Source: an uncultured Draconibacterium sp.
GTDB taxonomy: Bacteria; Bacteroidota; Bacteroidia; Bacteroidales; FEN-979
Direction: 5' to 3'
Length of the DNA stretch: 54,322 bases
Assembly (NCBI GenBank): GCA_964628215.1
Contig: CAZVNF010000003.1
Coordinates: forward strand, 1 to 54,322
Position numbers and translations under genes: made by a program. This document shows positions 42,114-49,048 of this stretch, in pieces; the stretch's first letter is position 1, and each line of letters starts with the position of its first letter. Below the pieces are notes generated by a model, which saw nothing but the letters and a program-made list of their open reading frames with translations, did not search any database and was not told the DNA's origin.

Positions 42114-42141
42114 AATTACGAATTACGAATTACGAAATACG
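42114..42141. repeat. heptad microsatellite (AATTACG)x3 + AAATACG
   Basis: Four contiguous 7-mers read directly. On the minus (coding) strand they end 10 nt upstream of the GT4 start codon. The perfect hairpin ACGATGG-ttg-CCATCGT at 42139-42155 overlaps the last unit. Confidence 0.9.
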
Positions 42142-42161
42142 ATGGTTGCCATCGTTCATAA

Positions 42162-44105
42162 TTAACTATACTTTTTAATCAAATAACCAATCCGGAGCAA
42201 TTCGGCAACGGATGAGGATTGTGAAATAGCGCCTCTGCCAACATGGGGAGGATCTCCATCATAGAGCTCGGAAATTGTACCGATTCCATGTTCTGTCATA
42301 ACCGGTTCAAAACCTGCATAAAGTGATTTTATCAAGGAGAGTCCGCTTTTTCCATGAATTTTCAAATAGCCTTCCGTGAAATGTCCGAGAAGCCATGGGG
42401 AGACAGATCCCTGGTGATAGGCAGATTCACGTTCGGCCTGATTACCGAAATAGGATCCCTTGTAAATAGGACTTTTGGGTGTAAGAGTACGCAAACCCCG
42501 CGGAGTAAGCAACTCTTGCTTTACACGGCTTAATACTTCCTTTCTGATCTCTTCTGAGACAGGGCTGTACGGTAACGAGGTGGCTAACACCATATTGGGC
42601 CGAACTGCCCAGTCCTTATACGCCTCATCAACATAATCGGCGAGGTATCGTCTTTCGGGGCTCCAGAAAGTCGAGAGAAACGAATCAGGAATTTGATTGG
42701 CAATTTCCTTCCACTCCTTACCAAATGATTTATCCCCACCTGCTTCAGCCAGTTCGATGCTAAAACAAATCGCATTGTACCAAAGGGCATTTACCTCAAC
42801 AGTTTTGCCCATCCTCGGGGTAACAGGTTTACCGTTGGCAATGGCATCCATCCAGGTAAGAGAGAGACCATGCAGTCCGGCATAGATCAACCCATCGGTA
42901 TCCATGTGAATGTTAAATTCAGTGCCATGCCGGTAGCCATCGAGAATGGTTTTCATTTTGCGTCCATACTCCTTCCAAACAGCTTTTTTATTGCCTGTGG
43001 CCTCCGTATACTGTTGTAATGCCCAGAAAAACCAGAGTGATGTGTCGGACGAATGATATACAGCATTGCTCCCGCTTCCAAAGAGCGGAAACAACGGGCC
43101 CTTCATTTCTGAAACCATGGTATCAATCACAGCTTTGCAGGTTGCTGTGTCGTTGTTGACCAGCGTAAGTCCGGGCAATGATACGAACGTGCTTCTGCCT
43201 GAGCGTCCGAACCACGGAAATCCGGCAAGTATCTCTGTTGATTTATCTCTCCTGATAATGAACTGCTGAGCTGAATTGGTAAGGCAATTTGCAAAATTAT
43301 TCCGGGGGATCCGTTTTTCAAGTTCAGCGTTGAATGCCCGCTTCATTGATGCCGGGGCCAGTTCCTTTGTTCCGGCCGCAAAGTAGATGCTCTCTCCTTT
43401 TTCAATATCCACTTCAAAAAAACCAGGGATGTAGAGGTCTTCCTGGTATTCGTACCCCCGCTCCATTTCTTCCTGGTATTCTATACTATAGTACCAATCG
43501 GGCACGTGAGTATATTCATTCTCCTTTGAAAGCTGCATGAACAGGTCAGTGTATCCGAGGTACATCCGTACTTTGATGCCCAGGGGTACCTTTTCAAATT
43601 TTTTATCTGCAAAAATATTCTCCTTGCTGAGGGTATGGATGTTCCGGAATGCCAGAAAGGGTTTAAAACGGAGTTTTGTAGGCGAATGGGCGTCCACCAG
43701 GGTGTATTTGATGATCATGCGATCTTCCCGGGTGGTAAACACCATCTCCTTTGTGAGGATAACACCCCCTACCCGATAGGTCATTTTAGGGTAAGGTTCA
43801 GTTACAAAATCCCTGAGGTATTTGTGTCCTTTGGGGGCATAAATACCGCCCGGATATTTATGGATACCCAGGTTAAATTCAGAATCCATCTGAATGACCG
43901 TTTCGTCAAGCGAAGACAACAAAACATGGTTTTCATGGTCGATGCCCGGCTGAGGGGTAACCAATAATCCATGGTATTTCCGGGTATTGCAACTTACGAT
44001 GGTGGAATTTGCGTATGATCCAGCCCGGTTTGACCGCAGAAGCTCACGGTTAAGTGAGTATTCAAGGTTCACCAACTGGCTTTTGTCAAAATTGATGTAA
44101 CTCAT
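42162..44105 (-). CDS. amylo-alpha-1,6-glucosidase / glycogen debranching enzyme (GH133-like, bacterial/archaeal type)
   Basis: I chose the ATG at 44105 (MSYINFDKSQL...), which gives 647 aa. The motif NTRKYHGLLV marks the debranching-enzyme N-domain and the C-terminal half is (alpha/alpha)6-like. The track start at 44231 would leave only 5 nt to the divergent gene. A minus-strand TAccTTTG motif at 44159-44166 supports the shorter model. Confidence 0.8.
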   Translation of the reverse strand: MSYINFDKSQLVNLEYSLNRELLRSNRAGSYANSTIVSCNTRKYHGLLVTPQPGIDHENHVLLSSLDETVIQMDSEFNLGIHKYPGGIYAPKGHKYLRDFVTEPYPKMTYRVGGVILTKEMVFTTREDRMIIKYTLVDAHSPTKLRFKPFLAFRNIHTLSKENIFADKKFEKVPLGIKVRMYLGYTDLFMQLSKENEYTHVPDWYYSIEYQEEMERGYEYQEDLYIPGFFEVDIEKGESIYFAAGTKELAPASMKRAFNAELEKRIPRNNFANCLTNSAQQFIIRRDKSTEILAGFPWFGRSGRSTFVSLPGLTLVNNDTATCKAVIDTMVSEMKGPLFPLFGSGSNAVYHSSDTSLWFFWALQQYTEATGNKKAVWKEYGRKMKTILDGYRHGTEFNIHMDTDGLIYAGLHGLSLTWMDAIANGKPVTPRMGKTVEVNALWYNAICFSIELAEAGGDKSFGKEWKEIANQIPDSFLSTFWSPERRYLADYVDEAYKDWAVRPNMVLATSLPYSPVSEEIRKEVLSRVKQELLTPRGLRTLTPKSPIYKGSYFGNQAERESAYHQGSVSPWLLGHFTEGYLKIHGKSGLSLIKSLYAGFEPVMTEHGIGTISELYDGDPPHVGRGAISQSSSVAELLRIGYLIKKYS

Positions 44106-44158
44106 TTTGTAATGTTTTCCTGACAATTTATCAACTCGATGTTCTAAAAACCAATTTG

Positions 44159-44166
44159 CAAAGGTA
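44159..44166 (-). promoter_or_regulatory. candidate -7 promoter element (TAccTTTG on minus strand) for the glycogen cluster
   Basis: The plus strand reads CAAAGGTA. It lies 54 nt upstream of the ATG at 44105. Confidence 0.3.
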
Positions 44167-44215
44167 CAATTTTCCCTGCTTTTTCCGTTAGTCTGTATAA
44201 AAGTTAATAAATGTT

Positions 44216-44223
44216 TAATTTTG
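44216..44223 (+). promoter_or_regulatory. candidate -7 promoter element (TAatTTTG)
   Basis: Exact TAnnTTTG match 14 nt upstream of the first ATG (44237) of the lipoprotein gene. A later in-frame ATG (44252) may be the true start. Confidence 0.3.
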
Positions 44224-44236
44224 ACGTCCAAAATAA

Positions 44237-45655
44237 ATGATGATCATGCGCATGTTCAAGGTGGTTTTATTCCTGTTTCTGTTTGTGCTGGCAGCCGTAG
44301 TTTCCCTCTCATGCAGAAAAAGGGATAATATCGACACGAATCCTTCATTACAACTGACTTTTTCGACGGATACGGTCTTTTTCGATACGGTTTTTCCAAC
44401 CGTGGGCTCGATTACCAAGCGGCTGGTCGTATATAATACCAATAAAAACAAAGTCAGTATTTCGCGTATCAGTCTTGCAGGGGGCCAGGCTTCAAGTTAC
44501 CGGATCAACATCAATGGTTCATCCGTATCAAGTGCCTCTGACGTTGAAATTGCCGGGGATGACAGCTTATATGTATTTGTAAGGGTTACCATTGATCCTC
44601 ACAACCAAAGCACGCCTTATGTTGTGAGTGATTCGCTGGAATTTACGACCAATGGCAATCTTCAGAAAGTAAAGCTTGTGGCATGGGGACGAGAGGCGAT
44701 TTTCTACAGGAATGCAAATCTGGCGGGCAATATTGTATGGGATAGTTTATATGCCCATGTGATATACGAATCCCTTCGGCTGGATACCAATTCAAGCCTT
44801 ACCATAATGCCAGGCACAAAAGTATATTTTCACAAAGACGCTTACATGGCTGCTTCATTAAATTCCACGCTGAAATTTGCGGGAACACTGGAACATCCGG
44901 TGAGATTCCAGGGAGACAGGATGGACCCGTTTTATAAAGACCTTCCCGGGCAATGGGGGGGTATTTACCTGGAAAAAGGCAGCAAAGATCATGAAATCAA
45001 TTATACCTATATAAAAAACGGGTACTTCGGACTGTCTGTTGATTCAATGGGTGCCGGTTCAACGCCCATGCTCACCCTCACCAATTCGATCATTCAGAAC
45101 ATGGCGTCGGCGGGGATCTATGCCTATGGCACCACTATCAATGCAGAGAACTGTGTAATCGGCGATTGCGGCAATTACTGCCTGGCATTAACTTCAGGAG
45201 GACTTTATCATTTCCGGTACCTTACCATCGGGAACTATTGGTATTCCTCTGTGCGCCAGTCATCCTCGTTGTACCTGAGCAACTTTTCCTATAATTCAAC
45301 CGGTGCTATAGTATCATATCCGCTGAAGGCAAATTTCACCAATTCCATTATATACGGATCCAATGAAGAGGAGATCGGGCTGGATTCAGTGTTAGCGGCT
45401 CAATATGAATATACCTTTGATCATGCCATTCTGAAAACAGGGTTAAAAACATCAAACACGTCGAGATATATCAATTGCCTGATTAACAAGGATCCTGAAT
45501 TTGTTGACGTATATACCCTGAATTACCAGATCGACAGTGTTTCACCCGCCATTAAGGCCGGAAAGGACCTTGGGGTGCCATCATGGGATATCCGGGGGGT
45601 TGACAGGGGGGTGACACCTGCGTTAGGGGCGTATGAATATGTGAAGAAGAAATGA
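44237..45655 (+). CDS. putative lipoprotein with parallel beta-helix-like repeats, function unknown
   Basis: 472-aa ORF with a lipobox-like VVSLSC. Repeated N-S/C-I-I/V-x-(N/G) turns (NSIIQN, NCVIGDCGN, NSIIYGSN) suggest a right-handed beta-helix. Confidence 0.55.
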   Translation: MMIMRMFKVVLFLFLFVLAAVVSLSCRKRDNIDTNPSLQLTFSTDTVFFDTVFPTVGSITKRLVVYNTNKNKVSISRISLAGGQASSYRININGSSVSSASDVEIAGDDSLYVFVRVTIDPHNQSTPYVVSDSLEFTTNGNLQKVKLVAWGREAIFYRNANLAGNIVWDSLYAHVIYESLRLDTNSSLTIMPGTKVYFHKDAYMAASLNSTLKFAGTLEHPVRFQGDRMDPFYKDLPGQWGGIYLEKGSKDHEINYTYIKNGYFGLSVDSMGAGSTPMLTLTNSIIQNMASAGIYAYGTTINAENCVIGDCGNYCLALTSGGLYHFRYLTIGNYWYSSVRQSSSLYLSNFSYNSTGAIVSYPLKANFTNSIIYGSNEEEIGLDSVLAAQYEYTFDHAILKTGLKTSNTSRYINCLINKDPEFVDVYTLNYQIDSVSPAIKAGKDLGVPSWDIRGVDRGVTPALGAYEYVKKK

Positions 45656-45701
45656 ATATTGAATATTGATTAACGAATTTTGAATTTTGAAGTTGTTAAT
45701 C
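45653..45701. repeat. heptad repeats (TGAATAT)x2 and (GAATTTT)x2 inside a GATTAAC/GTTAATC stem-loop
   Basis: Read directly. TGAATAT occurs at 45653-59 and 45660-66, and GAATTTT at 45675-81 and 45682-88. The stem arms are 45668-74 and 45695-701. The module fills the whole convergent gap. Confidence 0.8.
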
Positions 45702-45702
45702 G

Positions 45703-46581
45703 CTATTTGGTTTTGTGCAGGGCTTCGAGCATGGCGGTTCCGAGGTCGGCCGGGGAATCTACCACATGCACGCCACATTGACGGAGTATCTCTTTTTTAG
45801 CTTCTGCCGTATCTGATTTTCCACCCACAATGGCGCCTGCGTGTCCCATGGTACGTCCGATGGGGGCAGTTGCTCCGGCGATGAAACTCACCACTGGTTT
45901 GGTTCCATACTGCTGGATCCAGTAGCCCGCATCCGTTTCCATATTCCCCCCGATTTCACCGATCATAATAATCCCTTCTGTTTCAGGGTCCTCCATGAAA
46001 AGTTGCACTGCTTCCATGATGGTGGTACCGGGTATAGGATCCCCTCCCACCCCGATCATGGTAGTTTGTCCGAGACCTGCTTTGGTAATCTGGTCGACTG
46101 CTTCGTAGGACAACGTCCCTGAACGGGAAACAATCCCGATAGTTCCGGGAGTATGAATAAAACCGGGCATGATTCCGATTTTGGTACTGGGCGGGGTAAT
46201 GATGCCGGGGCAATTCGGTCCGATCATCCTTACGCCATGGCAGCGCAGGTATTCTTTTACCGAGATCATGTCTTTTACAGGAATCCCTTCAGTGATGCAA
46301 ACAATCAGGCTGATGCCCGCATCGGCAGCTTCAAGGATCGCATCTGCAGCCAGCGGAGGCGGAACAAATATAATGGAGACATTGGCGCCGGTTGCTTTTA
46401 CTGCATCAGCCACGGTATTGAAAACAGGCCGGTCGAGGTGCATCATTCCGCCTTTGCCCGGGGTAACCCCGCCGGCTACATTGGTACCGTATTCGATCAT
46501 CTGGCCTGCATGGAAGGAGCCTTCGTGGCCTGTGATGCCCTGAACGATGACGATAGAATCTTTGTTTACGAGAATGCTCAT
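45703..46581 (-). CDS. sucD: succinate--CoA ligase subunit alpha
   Basis: 292-aa ORF with the N-terminus [24 protein letters not shown] and the phosphohistidine loop GHAGAIV. Confidence 0.95.
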   Translation of the reverse strand: MSILVNKDSIVIVQGITGHEGSFHAGQMIEYGTNVAGGVTPGKGGMMHLDRPVFNTVADAVKATGANVSIIFVPPPLAADAILEAADAGISLIVCITEGIPVKDMISVKEYLRCHGVRMIGPNCPGIITPPSTKIGIMPGFIHTPGTIGIVSRSGTLSYEAVDQITKAGLGQTTMIGVGGDPIPGTTIMEAVQLFMEDPETEGIIMIGEIGGNMETDAGYWIQQYGTKPVVSFIAGATAPIGRTMGHAGAIVGGKSDTAEAKKEILRQCGVHVVDSPADLGTAMLEALHKTK

Positions 46582-46588
46582 AGGTAAT

Positions 46589-46793
46589 GAATGACGAATA
46601 AATGAATAAATGACGAATATGCGAATGACGAATATGCGAATGATGTGCTAATCAATTTTCGGGTTCAAAGATAAACTCTTTTATGGAAATGAAAATTAAT
46701 TCCGGACAAATTTATAGCTACCACCCTTTATTCGCATATTCGTCATTCGCATATTCGTCATTCGCATATTCGTTATTCATTTATTCGTAATTC
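46589..46793. repeat. composite long inverted repeat made of tandem 15-mers (TGACGAATATGCGAA x2 / reverse complement x3) with ~85-bp AT-rich spacer
   Basis: Left-arm 15-mers lie at 46611-25 and 46626-40. Right-arm TTCGCATATTCGTCA lies at 46731-45 and 46746-60, with the variant TTCGCATATTCGTTA at 46761-75. The outer 13-mer pair is ACGAATAAATGAA (46594-606) and TTCATTTATTCGT (46776-88). Confidence 0.9.
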
Positions 46794-46844
46794 CCGAAAA
46801 TCGTATCTTTGACATTGCTTTTCCACTTCAAATACACAAGAAAA

Positions 46845-48242
46845 ATGGGAATTTTTAATCTGAACGATACCATCTGCGCGCTATCCACAGCGCCGGGTAT
46901 GGGGGCGATTGCCGTGATCAGACTTTCGGGGCCTGCTTCTTTTCAAACGATCAGCCAGATTTTCAAACCGGCAGAAAAGAATCTGGACTTTCAAACGGTT
47001 AAATCACATACCATTCACCTGGGCGTGATTGGCAATGAATTGTCTATTGTGGATGAAGTACTGGTCAGCTGTTTCAGGTCGCCTCATTCGTATACGGGCG
47101 AAGATGTGATTGAAATATCCTGCCACGGATCGGTATATATCCAGCAAAGGATACTGGAATTACTGCTTTCAAAAGGGTTAAGGCTTGCGAAACCCGGAGA
47201 ATTCACCTTCAGGGCTTTTATGAACAGGAAGTTCGATCTTTCGCAGGCGGAAGCGGTTGCAGACCTTATCGCCTCTCATTCCGGAACCGCGCACGACCTT
47301 GCCATTCAGCAGATGCGGGGCGGGTTTTCGAAAAGGATCGGCCTCCTCAGGCAATCGCTGATCGAATTTTCTTCGCTGATTGAGCTTGAGCTTGATTTCA
47401 GTGAGGAACATATGATTTTTGCCGACCGTGAAGACCTTCGTACGCTGCTTGATCGCATGGAGACAGATTTTTCGCAGCTGATCGAATCGTTCAGCCTGGG
47501 CAATGTAATTAAAAACGGAATCCCGGTTGCGATTATCGGGAAACCGAATGTGGGGAAATCTACCCTGCTGAACGCCATTCTGAATGAGGAAAAGGCCATT
47601 GTTTCAGAAATTCCGGGCACCACCCGTGATGCAATCGAAGATACCATAGTGATCGGGGGCTACAGTTTCAGGTTTATTGATACTGCCGGATTAAGGGCTT
47701 CTGAGGACACAATTGAAACCATAGGCATTGAACGAACCTGGGAGAAGATCGGTGAAGCGAGCATTGTTTTATATGTATTTGATGTAACAGAGCAATCGTT
47801 TGCAGAGGTAAAAGAAGCAATTGAGGAGCTGAAAAGGCCTGACAGCGATCAGCCTTTAAACCTTGTGCTGATCGGCAACAAGACCGACAAGCTAAAACAA
47901 TTGCCAAAAGGGTTCAGGGAATTTGTGGAGTATGAGACCATTTTTGTTTCAGGGAAACGCAAGGAGAACATTCATCTTATTGCAGAGCATCTTGTCGACT
48001 TTGTCGGGAAGGCAAAGTCATCCGATAAGACGATAGTTTCAAATTCGAGGCATTATGAGGCCTTGCAGCAGGCCCGTGAAGCAATAGCTGATGTGCGCAA
48101 CGGCATGCTGGCCGGGATTTCACCTGATTTATTAACGGTTGACCTTCATAAAGCGTTATATCATTTGGGTGAAATTACCGGTGAAATTACCACAGATGAG
48201 ATTTTAGGGGCGATTTTCAGCAGGTTCTGCGTGGGAAAGTAA
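46845..48242 (+). CDS. mnmE: tRNA uridine-5-carboxymethylaminomethyl modification GTPase
   Basis: The ATG at 46845 gives MGIFNLNDTICALSTAPGMGAIAVIRLSG. The G-domain motif is GKPNVGKSTLLN...DTAG...NKTD and the C-terminus is FCVGK. The track's TTG start at 46809 adds 12 non-homologous residues. Confidence 0.93.
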   Translation: MGIFNLNDTICALSTAPGMGAIAVIRLSGPASFQTISQIFKPAEKNLDFQTVKSHTIHLGVIGNELSIVDEVLVSCFRSPHSYTGEDVIEISCHGSVYIQQRILELLLSKGLRLAKPGEFTFRAFMNRKFDLSQAEAVADLIASHSGTAHDLAIQQMRGGFSKRIGLLRQSLIEFSSLIELELDFSEEHMIFADREDLRTLLDRMETDFSQLIESFSLGNVIKNGIPVAIIGKPNVGKSTLLNAILNEEKAIVSEIPGTTRDAIEDTIVIGGYSFRFIDTAGLRASEDTIETIGIERTWEKIGEASIVLYVFDVTEQSFAEVKEAIEELKRPDSDQPLNLVLIGNKTDKLKQLPKGFREFVEYETIFVSGKRKENIHLIAEHLVDFVGKAKSSDKTIVSNSRHYEALQQAREAIADVRNGMLAGISPDLLTVDLHKALYHLGEITGEITTDEILGAIFSRFCVGK

Positions 48243-48286
48243 CCGGCACAAAACGAACACATAACCAAAACTGTATAAGTAACGTA

Positions 48287-48311
48287 AAGCCCAGTAAATC
48301 TGGGCTTTTTT
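48287..48311 (+). terminator. rho-independent terminator of mnmE
   Basis: AAAGCCCAG-taaat-CTGGGCTTTTTT, 45 nt after the mnmE stop. Confidence 0.75.
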
Positions 48312-48364
48312 AATTATTATTGTTAATATCTTTTGCGTATCGTTAGTGATCCGTTTTGTATATA

Positions 48365-48415
48365 TTTGTACCTTTGTTGTACCTCAATTAAAATTTTGGT
48401 GAATATTTGTACCTC
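48365..48415 (+). repeat. three direct copies of TTGTACCT(C) (candidate integrase arm/core sites or operator)
   Basis: TTTGTACCT at 48365-73, TTGTACCTC at 48377-85 and TTTGTACCTC at 48406-15. Tandem (G/A)ACACTTTTA copies follow at 48441-50 and 48451-60. Confidence 0.6.
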
Positions 48416-48476
48416 GGACCAATAAATGGGGAATTAACTTGACACTTTTAAACACTTTTATACAATTGAATACAAA

Positions 48477-49040
48477 ATGAGCACAAATATCAAGGTACAA
48501 CGGATTTGTCAGTTTTGCGGAAAAGAGTTTACAGCCAGAACAACTGTCACTCAATATTGCAGCGATAATTGCGCAAAACGTGCTTATAAAGCCAGACAAC
48601 GAGCTACAAAAGTTGAGACAAGCAATAAAGAAACCATTCAGATAAAATCAAAACCCATTGAAGATCTTAAGGTACAGGAATTCCTCAGTGTCCGGCATGT
48701 GGCCAAACTGATCGGATCTTCAAGACAAACCGTTTATAACCTTATTAATACAGGGAAATTGCAAGCTGTAAATATCTTAAAGAAAAAAACTATTGTCAGG
48801 CGTTGCGATTTGGATAAACTATTCGAGCAACCCACTCCCATCATACAGCTGGCAGATACCAACCCCGAACCAATACAATACGAAATTGACGATTGTTACA
48901 CCCTTAAAGAAGTCCAGGACAAATACGGAGTCTCCGAAACAGCTTTACAAAATCTGATAAAACGAAATAATATTCCGAAAATAAAAAAAGGCTGGTTTGC
49001 TTATGTTCCGAAAGATATGATTGATAATATACTGACATAA
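48477..49040 (+). CDS. DNA-binding protein: N-terminal CxxC...CxxxC zinc ribbon plus two excisionase/MerR-type HTH modules
   Basis: 187-aa ORF with CQFCGKEF...YCSDNCAKRAY. It has two segments resembling HTH_17 modules: LSVRHVAKLIGSSRQTVYNLINTGKL and YTLKEVQDKYGVSETALQNLIKRNNIP. Confidence 0.65.
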   Translation: MSTNIKVQRICQFCGKEFTARTTVTQYCSDNCAKRAYKARQRATKVETSNKETIQIKSKPIEDLKVQEFLSVRHVAKLIGSSRQTVYNLINTGKLQAVNILKKKTIVRRCDLDKLFEQPTPIIQLADTNPEPIQYEIDDCYTLKEVQDKYGVSETALQNLIKRNNIPKIKKGWFAYVPKDMIDNILT

Positions 49041-49048
49041 TAACATAT

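Noticed and set aside
44106-44231. 42-aa N-terminal extension of the debranching-enzyme ORF
   Set aside because: It would leave 5 nt between divergent start codons. Promoter-like TAnnTTTG motifs for both genes lie inside this stretch, and the conserved N-domain begins after the ATG at 44105.
46153-46587. 144-aa and 124-aa plus-strand ORFs inside sucD
   Set aside because: They are antisense to a strongly supported sucD. The Gly/Arg/Pro-rich translations are typical of shadow frames.
46611-46775. Possible CRISPR array, given the repeated 15-mers
   Set aside because: The repeats are directly contiguous without unique spacers, are far shorter than CRISPR repeats and occur as two inverted blocks. 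No cas genes are in the window.
46683-46790. 35-aa upstream [38 protein letters not shown] reading through the right arm of the inverted repeat before mnmE
   Set aside because: The (FAYSS)n periodicity is simply the translation of the 15-nt DNA repeat. The mirror arm upstream of sucD has no ATG or ORF, so a peptide function is unlikely. A leader-peptide role remains testable by ribosome profiling.
46809-46844. TTG-initiated 12-aa extension of mnmE
   Set aside because: MnmE homology starts at the ATG at 46845, and the extension (MTLLFHFKYTRK) is not part of the conserved N-terminus.
48243-48476. A tRNA gene as the integration target at the element's left junction
   Set aside because: I could not find a cloverleaf-compatible sequence, meaning no acceptor or T-arm pairing and no GTTCRANNC-like motif. 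Only the mnmE terminator hairpin and short direct repeats are present.
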